Below are positions 1-8,888 of a DNA stretch of 64,000 nucleotides, piece by piece. The translations under genes and the position numbers were made by a program. The notes beneath the pieces were generated by a model, which did no database searches, was not told the DNA's origin, and saw only the letters and a list, made by a program, of their open reading frames with translations. Source of the stretch: Sulfolobales archaeon HS-7 (lineage in GTDB: Archaea; Thermoproteota; Thermoprotei_A; Sulfolobales; Sulfolobaceae). Where the stretch lies: NCBI GenBank assembly GCA_019704295.1, contig AP024596.1, positions 320,001 through 384,000 on the forward strand, written 5' to 3'. Numbering within the stretch: position 1 is the stretch's first letter; every line of letters starts with the position of its first letter.

Positions 1-53
1 TTCCCTTCGCTCTTTAAAAATAATATATAAATCTTACCCCCAAAGAAAGTCAT

Positions 54-281
54 ATGGAACTTGATCTTGAGGGATTACCACCATCTGTAAAACTGGTGTT
101 AAAGGTTTTGGAGGAAATGGGAGAGGCTAAATTCTCAGAATTAATGTATGAGACTAAGCTACCGCAGAGGACGCTCAGGGAGGCAATAAAGATCCTAAGG
201 GAGAGAGATATGATAGAGATAAGGCCTTGTCTAGAGGACATGAGAAAAAGAATTTACTGTATAAAGCTTAACGAGGGTTAG
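54..281 (+). CDS. Small winged helix-turn-helix (MarR-like) DNA-binding protein
   Basis: 75 aa; LPPSVKLVLKVL...FSELMYETKLPQRTLREAIKILRERDMIE...DMRKRIY is a typical archaeal wHTH; TATA-like TATATAAA ~25-30 nt upstream. Confidence 0.75.
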   Translation: MELDLEGLPPSVKLVLKVLEEMGEAKFSELMYETKLPQRTLREAIKILRERDMIEIRPCLEDMRKRIYCIKLNEG

Positions 282-1294
282 AATATAGGAATTACGTCCT
301 CCTCTTTTATATCAAAAACCTCCTCTCCGCTAATCCCGATTTCAGGAATAGCGGGCATCTTTATTCCGTAGTGAGCTAGAGAGGCCCCAACTCTGACGAC
401 TGCCTCCTTCCAAGCTCTCTCCTTCTCTTCAATTGTAGGTATTTCAAAACCGGCACCCCTAGCGATATTCTCCATTCTCTCGTTAACCTCATTAAACCAT
501 GGAGGGAGTTTCCAAAAGTCCTTAGGAGGCCTATAAGTTATTAGGGAAAGAAAGACGAATCCAGCTCTTATTTGCTTAGTAACTAACTTCTTTTCCTCAT
601 CCGTCATCTTAGGGGCTTTGTCCGTCATTATAAGGTGAGTGAAGGCATAGTGCCTGGTCTCATCAACAGCTGTATTCTTAAACGCCTCCTTGAAAGGTTG
701 TATTCTAGTGTCCTTTCCCATCGTTGTAAACACGGTAGTCGCAGCGGCCTCTCCCATCATAAATGAGGTGAACAACACATCTATTGTGTACTTCTTGTAG
801 GAATCGAGGTAGGCCTTCCAATACCTAGAACCGTTGTACCATGTCCACAAAACGTTTAACCTGGCTTTTGCCTCAAGTTCGTCCTGGGGTTTGAAATTAG
901 GAAATTCGGGGAAAACTGAGTTTATAGCGTATCCGCAAACTAGGTTGTGCCTGTTTTCATCCCAAGTAATGGTGGACACTAATGACCTCACCGCAGTAGG
1001 AAGGTGATTTTCAAAGGATTTAACTAGAGCGTATGCGAAAACCGGAGTCGCATTATCAAAGTTCGAGAGAAGTGCCCACCAATAGGCTATAGCTAACCTT
1101 TCCTTTCTGTCAAGACCTGACGCTATTTCCCTCACTTTATCCCAGTCTATCTTGTCTTCATCCCATTGCTCTGCCTTGGCCCTTCTATACAACTTCCAGG
1201 CCCTTTCGTTATCGAAATCCCATTTAGGAGGGTAAACGTTATTCTCTGGAAAAGGCGGTTCGTTTGAGAAGTCAAACGATGACATAAAGACCAC
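278..1294 (-). CDS. Ferritin-like di-metal carboxylate protein (R2-like/AurF-like oxygenase family)
   Basis: Two ExxH motifs (WDENRH, VDETRH) with intervening acidic ligands (NFDNA, MGEAA); start may be the ATG at 1285. Confidence 0.7.
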   Translation of the reverse strand: MVFMSSFDFSNEPPFPENNVYPPKWDFDNERAWKLYRRAKAEQWDEDKIDWDKVREIASGLDRKERLAIAYWWALLSNFDNATPVFAYALVKSFENHLPTAVRSLVSTITWDENRHNLVCGYAINSVFPEFPNFKPQDELEAKARLNVLWTWYNGSRYWKAYLDSYKKYTIDVLFTSFMMGEAAATTVFTTMGKDTRIQPFKEAFKNTAVDETRHYAFTHLIMTDKAPKMTDEEKKLVTKQIRAGFVFLSLITYRPPKDFWKLPPWFNEVNERMENIARGAGFEIPTIEEKERAWKEAVVRVGASLAHYGIKMPAIPEIGISGEEVFDIKEEDVIPIF

Positions 1295-1464
1295 GTGTAC
1301 TATATTGGTAGCCTGCTATTTAATCTTATTTGATATTTTCAACTTAATATCATTCTAGAGTATAAAGAATATTTTTGTAATTGAGATTATATTTCTGTGA
1401 GGGTAGTTAGTGATGTTCCAAAATTTCAAGTTCATAATTTATACTGGGAATTAGTATAGGTGTT

Positions 1465-2277
1465 ATGGAGTATAGGCCCCTCTGTAAGAAATGTGATAAA
1501 GTATCTGTGGTAGGTATGGGAACCTATTACGATCCCTTATGGATCGTTTTATCTAGATTTAACGTATTCAGAGGCGCGGAGGAGAAGGTAAAGGCAATTA
1601 AAGCGGGTATAGAACACGGGATAAACTTCATAGATACCGCAGAGTTATACGGTTCAGAGCACCTGGTTAGAGAGGCAATAAAGGAGTATAAAAGGGATCA
1701 ACTCTTCATAGCTACAAAGGTTTGGAGAAGTCATCTCAAAAGGGAACAGGTGTTAAAGGCGATTGATGGCAGTCTAAGGAGGTTGGGCCTAACTTACGTT
1801 GACCTATACCAGATTCACTTCCCTAGCTATACAGTCCCGATAGAGGAGACAATACATGCGATGGAGGACCTTGTCGATAAGGGTAAGGTACGTTACATCG
1901 GTATAAGCAACTTCTCTCTTGAAAAAATGAAAAAGGCCGTCGAATCATTTAGGAAGTACGAATTGGCATCGACCCAAATGAATTACAGTCTAGCTAACAG
2001 GGAGATCGAGAGGGATATAATCCCCTTTTGTAGAGAGAACGGAATAGGTGTAATAGCCTACTACCCACTAGGTCACGGGAAGTTAATACGGAACAGGGAG
2101 GTCAATGACGTTGCAAAGAGATTAGGGAAGACGCCAGCTCAGGTCGTCCTTAACTGGGTGATAAACAAAGGGGCTTTTCCCATACCCAGAGCGTCTAGGG
2201 AAAGTCACGTAATAGACAACGTGTTAAGCGCTGGTTGGGAACTTTCACCCGAGGATATAAGGCAGCTGGAGTCGTGA
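1465..2277 (+). CDS. Aldo/keto reductase
   Basis: GINFIDTAELYG, IATKV, YVDLYQIHFP, GISNF, TPAQVVLNW, PIPRAS motifs. Confidence 0.95.
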   Translation: MEYRPLCKKCDKVSVVGMGTYYDPLWIVLSRFNVFRGAEEKVKAIKAGIEHGINFIDTAELYGSEHLVREAIKEYKRDQLFIATKVWRSHLKREQVLKAIDGSLRRLGLTYVDLYQIHFPSYTVPIEETIHAMEDLVDKGKVRYIGISNFSLEKMKKAVESFRKYELASTQMNYSLANREIERDIIPFCRENGIGVIAYYPLGHGKLIRNREVNDVAKRLGKTPAQVVLNWVINKGAFPIPRASRESHVIDNVLSAGWELSPEDIRQLES

Positions 2278-2420
2278 TGAGTGTAATTCAGAGGTCTTTT
2301 GTGAACTCTAGTTCGCGAATAACATATAGCGAAGTAGACCGATGAATAAATTCTTACCTAGTAGAGACCGTGTATTCAAATTTTTATGAACCCAGAAACC
2401 CCTGTAATTTTCTCAATTGT

Positions 2421-5012
2421 CTATTTGAAGAAGCTATCCAGTGTTACTTGATTATCATCTATCCTCTTATTGCATATTTGAAGTAGATATTCTTTACTTG
2501 CTTTCTTCTCCTCATCGTCTGGACCGTGCACGGAGAGTATTTCGGCTATATTACATAATTCCTGTGGTGAAAATGTGAAAATTGTTGAGGTAATCTCTTT
2601 CTCGACTCCCTTCTTTCCCTCTTCTTCGAAACGTCTGAGTAAGTAATGATAAGCGTCTATAATTATCCTTTCTTTGTTTCCAAACCTGACCCTGTTCTTA
2701 AAGTTCAGTAACTCAATATCCGATTTCTCTTTACCAGAGGATCTCTTTATAATTCCTTCTTTCTCTAAGTACTCAACACTCAAATCTGGGAAACCCCTTG
2801 TAAGGTTAATTAGCTCGTCACTTGAAATAACTACTTTTATACCTTTACTATCCTTTCTAATATATATGTCAGATACCCTGGTGAAAAGGTAAAGTTTAGT
2901 CACCGAATCCATGGCAGAAATGTTTTTATTTGTCATAAAGTTGACAATTTTAACTGGAGCAACCTCATAGACCATCTCTATGACGCTATCAAATGGTTTC
3001 ACATCCTTTCTCTTCGCCAAAAGATTAGAGTACTGAGTCGCAACGCTAAGTGATGCCCCTATACCTGCTAGCATGATATCAGCCCCTTTATACCCCTTTT
3101 CAATAGCTCTCTTTATAGAGGTAGTAATCGCTCTCTCAATATCGCTTTTAAGGTCTTCGACGAAAGCTTGTCTGTCCTCCTTCCGCTTCCTCAATACCAT
3201 TACAACTGATGTCTGCATAGCTACCTTTCCACGACTTACGGAGGAGCTCTCTTGCTCTGTATGAACAGGTATCGTATTGGAAATCGTGAAACCGGATTCC
3301 ACTATAGCTTGAAGCACTGAGATCCAGAACTCTGGCCTTTTATGAGCATAGAACATTGCAATAATCCCATCGTCTTTAAGCACTCTTTTCATGAAGTTTA
3401 GAACGGTTTTAAATTTCATTTCAAAAAAATTCCTATTTCTCCCTGGTCCTACGCTCATCTCCTCCATTGATCTTTCTCTCCATAATGACGAAAAATGGAA
3501 ATTTTCCGGATACACGTCTTCAAGGACAGGTTTCATTAGTGCGTAGAAGAAATCCGAGATCTCGGCGTATTGCACGTCGTCATAGTAGGGGGGATCTGTC
3601 ACGATAAGGTCAATTGAACCATCTGAGATTGGTAGATCTTCTGCACTTTTCATCAAAAGAGTGTAATTTGGGTTATCTTTGACTCTCTCTTGTATGAATG
3701 CACATGCCTCAACAATATCACAAAACATAGACCAAAGCGAACCTGAGAAAAGGGAGAAAGGGTTGACTTCAACGACATTCCACGTCATTGCGGGTCTTCT
3801 GAATGCCATAGTGTCCCCTACAACGACGTAGGATGAATGCCAGTGGGTTAAGAACGAATTATGATCTCCATGTTTGCTCACTAAAAATGAGAGATATAGT
3901 CTAAGCATCGCTTCTTCTTTAGGTACTTGTTTTCTAATTTCCTCTATAAGCTCGGAAAGAACCTTTAGCTGACGTTTATTAAACATTTCTGCATAGTTAC
4001 GAAAACCATATCTTGATGCACTTACCACTTTATCCTGTATTACCTCTACGTTTATAGGAGATTCAGAAACTTGAGGGAGATTGGAATCTTCTGGTCTAGC
4101 TAAATGAAATTCCTTGTCCTCGGTCATTATGATCAAGAGTCTTGCCCTGTTAGGTTCTTTACTGATTTTACTTACTAATTCTTTCTCTGGAATTGAATAG
4201 TTGCACCTAGGGCACATTACTTCCTTGTTAGATGCTTTCGTAGGAGAAGCTTTAGTCTCACCTTCTTCAATTTCTACGATGTAATCGTCTCCTTTATATT
4301 CTATTGAGAGGTAAAGCTTCTCTTTCGACTTTACCTTCTTCAAATACCAACTAGATGTAATGGGAATTTTAGCTCCACAATTAGGACAGTCCGTCTCTCT
4401 AAACCATAAATACGCAGCCACTCTTTTACCATTAAAATCTGGGAACAGCTTTTCGTTCTTTTGTTTAACGCCTAAAATGATCTTGCATCCTAAGTCGACA
4501 AGCTTTCCTAACTTCGATTTATCCTCCTTTGTACAGACATCTTCCATGTCAACGGTAAATCCTCTTTTATACTTCTTAGAGATTCTTTCCCATTCCTTAA
4601 CATTTACTAGCTCCTCTCTTATATCAAGAGCCTTTAACAAGGCCCACGCCACAGGGTTATAGTCGTTTGCGATGACTTTTAGACCAAGTCTTAAGCCTTC
4701 AAATGGTATTGACCCTCCACCAGCGAATGGATCCAAGAGAGTAAGATTTTCAAATCTTTTTATAACATCCTTAGGAATAGGATTTTCTACTGTAGCTTCG
4801 TTTCCTTTTATCATTAGTCTGATAAACTCCTCATCATTGTCCAGAATCGAGCCTAAGATCATAGCCCTGGAAACTACTAAAGGTTTCCTCGCCCACCAAA
4901 AATTTAGTTCACTAATAGGATATCTCCCCCCTGTCTTTTCCCTTCTTGCTTCTTCATTTATCTTCTCTAGCTCAGGTAATCCCCTTTCTATTAGCTTTCC
5001 TCCTTCGGGCAC
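2421..5012 (-). CDS. DUF1156-containing adenine-specific DNA methyltransferase with Zn-ribbon
   Basis: WWARKPL (DUF1156), DPFAGGGSIP (motif I), CPNC/CPRC Zn-ribbon, TDPPYYD (motif IV). Confidence 0.92.
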   Translation of the reverse strand: MPEGGKLIERGLPELEKINEEARREKTGGRYPISELNFWWARKPLVVSRAMILGSILDNDEEFIRLMIKGNEATVENPIPKDVIKRFENLTLLDPFAGGGSIPFEGLRLGLKVIANDYNPVAWALLKALDIREELVNVKEWERISKKYKRGFTVDMEDVCTKEDKSKLGKLVDLGCKIILGVKQKNEKLFPDFNGKRVAAYLWFRETDCPNCGAKIPITSSWYLKKVKSKEKLYLSIEYKGDDYIVEIEEGETKASPTKASNKEVMCPRCNYSIPEKELVSKISKEPNRARLLIIMTEDKEFHLARPEDSNLPQVSESPINVEVIQDKVVSASRYGFRNYAEMFNKRQLKVLSELIEEIRKQVPKEEAMLRLYLSFLVSKHGDHNSFLTHWHSSYVVVGDTMAFRRPAMTWNVVEVNPFSLFSGSLWSMFCDIVEACAFIQERVKDNPNYTLLMKSAEDLPISDGSIDLIVTDPPYYDDVQYAEISDFFYALMKPVLEDVYPENFHFSSLWRERSMEEMSVGPGRNRNFFEMKFKTVLNFMKRVLKDDGIIAMFYAHKRPEFWISVLQAIVESGFTISNTIPVHTEQESSSVSRGKVAMQTSVVMVLRKRKEDRQAFVEDLKSDIERAITTSIKRAIEKGYKGADIMLAGIGASLSVATQYSNLLAKRKDVKPFDSVIEMVYEVAPVKIVNFMTNKNISAMDSVTKLYLFTRVSDIYIRKDSKGIKVVISSDELINLTRGFPDLSVEYLEKEGIIKRSSGKEKSDIELLNFKNRVRFGNKERIIIDAYHYLLRRFEEEGKKGVEKEITSTIFTFSPQELCNIAEILSVHGPDDEEKKASKEYLLQICNKRIDDNQVTLDSFFK

Positions 5013-5047
5013 AGTTAAAGATAAATCAAGAGAGATTATTATTATTT
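5013..5047. promoter_or_regulatory. 35-bp divergent intergenic region, probable overlapping bidirectional TATA promoters for methylase and DUF499 ATPase
   Basis: GTG start of methylase at 5012 (-) and ATG at 5048 (+); AT-rich TTAAAGATAAA on + and ATAAATAATAAT on - each lie ~25-30 nt from the respective start. Confidence 0.5.
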
Positions 5048-8000
5048 ATGGAAATGAAGGCAGTATGGGAAGCCAATAAACCCTCTCAGGACATACTCTC
5101 AAGCTCTCTTTCCGAAGATCAATTTGGAATAGAAATAAGTAATGTCGTACGTGGAAAAGCTCCAAAAGTCTACCTAGATCCCTTCGAGTTCTTTAGGAGG
5201 ACGTACTTTACCAAATCACTATCAAGGATACTTAAGGACGCGATACTCACAGTGACTAATGGCACCGGTACTCCTATTTACGCTGTTTTGACAAGTTTCG
5301 GGGGAGGGAAGACTCACATACTTATAGCTCTTTACCACTTCTTTAAGGCTAATAAAAAGCAGGAGCTATTGTCTATCTCCTCAATTTCGTCTTTACTTGA
5401 TGATATCAAAACAGGTAACGTGACAATGAATATCCCTGAGGTTAACGTGGTTGTCATTGACGGATTGAATTTAGAAAAAGATGATAACCTCTTTCAATAC
5501 CTATCCAGATCACTCAAATCGGACGTTGATCTTAGCGATCCTACTGAACAGAAAATGTCCTTTATGCTGGAAAAAGCTGCTCCCACAGTAATTTTGATAG
5601 ATGAGATCGGGGAATATATTAGGAAGCTCGACACCTATCAGAGAACGAACAAAATCCAGGAGGTTTTGCTCTTTTTCAGATTACTGACTTCGGCTATCAC
5701 AAGTAGAACAAGAACGTTTCTCCTAGTCACGTTGACCGATGAGACTTTACCTCCAGAGCTCAGGAGTTACATCAGTGATATCGCTAAAATCCTCTCGCGT
5801 TACGTTAACCCACTAGAACCTACAACCCGAGAGGAGGTAGTAGAGATCATCAAAGCAAGGCTTTTCGAGTACATCGATAAAAACAACGGTGATAAAGTTT
5901 CCTCGTTTTTCTCATCTTATTATACTAAGTTCAAAGACTACTATCCTGCAGAGGCGTCAGAATATTACTATAAAATGATAAAATACTATCCGTTTCATCC
6001 TACTTTAATAGATACATTGTATGGAAGGATATCAACAATTCCCGGCTTCCAAAAGACCCGACATACACTTAGGTTTCTAGCTTACGTTGTAAGGGAAGTG
6101 TGGAAAAAGAAGGAAAAAGATGCGTATTTAATAGGATTAGATTCGGTTGACCTGAGCAATTCGGATATTCTGAATAGTCTTTTAAACAACATAGGAAGAG
6201 ATGCGCTTTCAACTGTTGCAAAGTTCGACATCGAGTCTGACAAAGGGGGGAAAGCCAAAGGAATGGGCTTAGATCACTTGCTTACAGCTAGGGTGATCTT
6301 CATGGGATCTATCATAGGTACAGACCAACCCCTAGATAGGAACGCATTTAGAAAAAGCGACATCCTTTTAGGTCTGACTAACGTAATTCAAAAGGTTAAC
6401 CCAGGGTGGATTGACACAGTTCTAAAAGACCTTACAGACAAGCTCTGGTATATCTATACGGACAATGTAGATAGATATTGGTTTGCTACAACGCCCAACA
6501 TAAACAAGGCTATAGAGGATACGAAAGCTAATGTTAAGTCTGAACGGGTGGACAAAATAAGGGAATATCTGGAGGAGTTTCAGAGAGATTTCAAGAGAGA
6601 ATTTGAGGGATTCGAAGTCAGAGTAGACACTGATTTAGAGGACCTAGATGATCCGAAATTACGTTTAATCATTATAGACCCCTCCGTAGAGGGCTCCAGC
6701 CTAACGATAAGTTACGAGGGAGGTGACATAGAACCCCCTCAGAAATTGCTAAGTTATTTTAACGTGAGGTCTTATAAGAACACTGTAATATTTATTGTTC
6801 CTAGTAGAGTCTATTTCGAGAAAGCTCTAGATGAAGCGGCTACAATAGTTGCGTTAGAGAGATTAGAAAGTCTGGAGTCAATGAATCAGTACAGTAAGGA
6901 GTTGAAACAGAAGAAAGCGGATTACGACGCGAGATTAAGGTTCTCCCTAGTTAATGCCTTCAGTTTTATTTTTTACCCAGTTTCAAAGGAGGGCTGTAGA
7001 TTAGAAGGTGAAAAAATACAGCCCGACGTTTATACCAAGGACGTTTCCTTAACTTCAGAGAAATTAGCTAAAAAGGCGATGGAAACTTTAGAGAGCAAAA
7101 CTAAGGTCATAAGGAAGTCAGACGATGTAACTGATGAATATCTCAAATACATATTTAGTTTAAAATCTGAACGTATAGCTGTAAAGGAATTTCTGGATAA
7201 TCTGAAGAGAAGGTGCGACGCACCAATAATTCCCGATGGAACGACCCAAATTGACTTAATTAAGAGAGCGGTATCTAAAGGATACGTAAGTTATAAGTCT
7301 GCTGATGGGCTCCTTACTAACTTAAAGGAAATATCTAAGGAGATAGGGAAGAGAGACGGTATTAACGTAGATGTAATACAGCTCATTGCGGAAGGCTCCA
7401 AACTTGGATTGGAAATAGCTAAAAAAATGAAACAAAAATTCGATAACGAAGCTATTGAGGTTAAAGATGACGGGTTCCTAATAAACAATGAAGAAGTGAT
7501 CAATGAGGTTAAGACGTATTTGCCGCCTTTAATTGAAGAGATCGAGAAGAAAAAAATTCACCAAACTCCCGACGTTAACAAAATCGAAAGCCAATCCGTT
7601 TCCCCACAAGATATTTTCAAGCAGGAGAGAAGGGAGGAGATATCATTAGACGACTTAGACAATATAATAAGTGAAGGTTTCAAAGTCGAAATAAGAAACG
7701 TCGTAGTTACCATTAACAATTATCAAGATTTCTCTGGTTCAGTATCCAGTCTTGGTCTTATAATATCTGGTATTAAAGTACATGACCCTAAAATTAGCAT
7801 AAGTGTTACACAGACTTCCAGGGATTCGCAGCGTAAACTCTCCCTAGAGTTAAACACTGATTTAGAAAATTTTCAAAGAATAATTCAATTTTCAAGAGAT
7901 ATTGTAAATAACTCATTTAGAAACGGATTAGTTAACCTAAATTTTAGGCTTGGTATAGAATTGACAGAATATAAGATAAAACAAAATGATGATTTCATAA

Positions 8001-8074
8001 AAAATCTGAAAGGGCTGAAGCCGAAAGAACAGGAAGGAATTCACGTGAAACTAAATGTGATCGTAACGAAATGA
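5048..8074 (+). CDS. DUF499 family AAA+ ATPase (BrxC/PglY-related)
   Basis: Walker A TSFGGGKTH, Walker B ILIDE, YPFHP, GFQKTRHTLRFLA; start moved from 4946 to ATG 5048 to avoid overlap with the divergent methylase. Confidence 0.9.
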   Translation: MEMKAVWEANKPSQDILSSSLSEDQFGIEISNVVRGKAPKVYLDPFEFFRRTYFTKSLSRILKDAILTVTNGTGTPIYAVLTSFGGGKTHILIALYHFFKANKKQELLSISSISSLLDDIKTGNVTMNIPEVNVVVIDGLNLEKDDNLFQYLSRSLKSDVDLSDPTEQKMSFMLEKAAPTVILIDEIGEYIRKLDTYQRTNKIQEVLLFFRLLTSAITSRTRTFLLVTLTDETLPPELRSYISDIAKILSRYVNPLEPTTREEVVEIIKARLFEYIDKNNGDKVSSFFSSYYTKFKDYYPAEASEYYYKMIKYYPFHPTLIDTLYGRISTIPGFQKTRHTLRFLAYVVREVWKKKEKDAYLIGLDSVDLSNSDILNSLLNNIGRDALSTVAKFDIESDKGGKAKGMGLDHLLTARVIFMGSIIGTDQPLDRNAFRKSDILLGLTNVIQKVNPGWIDTVLKDLTDKLWYIYTDNVDRYWFATTPNINKAIEDTKANVKSERVDKIREYLEEFQRDFKREFEGFEVRVDTDLEDLDDPKLRLIIIDPSVEGSSLTISYEGGDIEPPQKLLSYFNVRSYKNTVIFIVPSRVYFEKALDEAATIVALERLESLESMNQYSKELKQKKADYDARLRFSLVNAFSFIFYPVSKEGCRLEGEKIQPDVYTKDVSLTSEKLAKKAMETLESKTKVIRKSDDVTDEYLKYIFSLKSERIAVKEFLDNLKRRCDAPIIPDGTTQIDLIKRAVSKGYVSYKSADGLLTNLKEISKEIGKRDGINVDVIQLIAEGSKLGLEIAKKMKQKFDNEAIEVKDDGFLINNEEVINEVKTYLPPLIEEIEKKKIHQTPDVNKIESQSVSPQDIFKQERREEISLDDLDNIISEGFKVEIRNVVVTINNYQDFSGSVSSLGLIISGIKVHDPKISISVTQTSRDSQRKLSLELNTDLENFQRIIQFSRDIVNNSFRNGLVNLNFRLGIELTEYKIKQNDDFIKNLKGLKPKEQEGIHVKLNVIVTK

Positions 8075-8199
8075 ACTCCTACTTTTTAAGGAAAATTACT
8101 AATTTATATATAACGTTAATAAAACTAAAATTCTCTCGGTCATAAGAGAAGGACCGTGAGCTAAAACGTTCTCTTATTACAGATCATTTCCTAACTACT

Positions 8200-8470
8200 A
8201 TAATCTATGAAAATGGTAAGGAGCCTTCCGCGGGGAAGACGCGCGCCACCAGCGCAAGGATTAGTAAGTCCATACAAAGGCTTAATCCTAAGAGGTTCAA
8301 GTTACTCAAGATAGGAACGTCAAGGACTATAACGTTGACGCAAGTGACGTTCTGGACTTGCCATTCTCATAGCTGTGTTAGAGGCCAAGTAGGTAAAGCC
8401 TCTATGAAGAATGCTCAGGATTACCTAGGGTGAGTCTCTCTTGATTATACATCCAGAGCGGAAGTTCAGC
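8200..8470 (+). mobile_element. Possible heavily decayed IS200/IS605-type remnant inside the defence island
   Basis: GC-richer non-coding patch in an AT-rich spacer; ends in CAGAGCGGAAGTTCAG, resembling Sulfolobales IS605 right ends; only short broken ORFs. Confidence 0.25.
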
Positions 8471-8542
8471 TCTTTAACCCTTGTGATGATAATATTTTCA
8501 TGCCCACTCTCTTATATATGCTGATCTCAACTAGGTGAGAAG

Positions 8543-8887
8543 ATGGCTCTTAAAGAGGTATATGACGTATTTGAAATCAGTGTAAACAAAAAGAATGTGT
8601 GTCTCTATTTCAAGGGGGAAAATGTTAAAGTAAAGTACTCGTGTTGTTCTAGGGATTACATGAAGTACATAAATATCCTAGAAGAGAGGAAAGTAATCCC
8701 TGAAGCAGAGTTTAGAAAAGTTGCTAGACTTTTCATCTTGATGAAAGTATTGCCTTACACCAAATCCAAATACAAAGCGGTCGACATAGTTAGATCATTA
8801 CCCGATATGGAGGTATCCTTCTGGTTTTCCAAGTTCTCAGCATTAGGAAATAGGGCAGTGTCTTCCTTCATGAAACTCTACCTCTGA
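8543..8887 (+). CDS. Small accessory protein of DUF499/DUF1156/SNF2 systems (DUF3780/DUF7680-like)
   Basis: 114 aa; C-terminal LPDMEVSFWFSKF...RAVSSFMKLY resembles the E-x3-W helix motif of the small gene in these clusters; GGTGA RBS upstream; genomic context. Confidence 0.6.
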   Translation: MALKEVYDVFEISVNKKNVCLYFKGENVKVKYSCCSRDYMKYINILEERKVIPEAEFRKVARLFILMKVLPYTKSKYKAVDIVRSLPDMEVSFWFSKFSALGNRAVSSFMKLYL

Positions 8888-8888
8888 T

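Noticed and set aside
2274-2330. C/D box sRNA candidates starting GTGATGA (also ~8482, ~12374, ~46128)
   Set aside because: No correctly spaced D', C' and terminal CTGA boxes
4946-5047. N-terminal extension of the DUF499 ORF given in the ORF track
   Set aside because: TTG start overlaps the divergent methylase head-to-head; ATG 5048 with an upstream TATA-like box is more plausible
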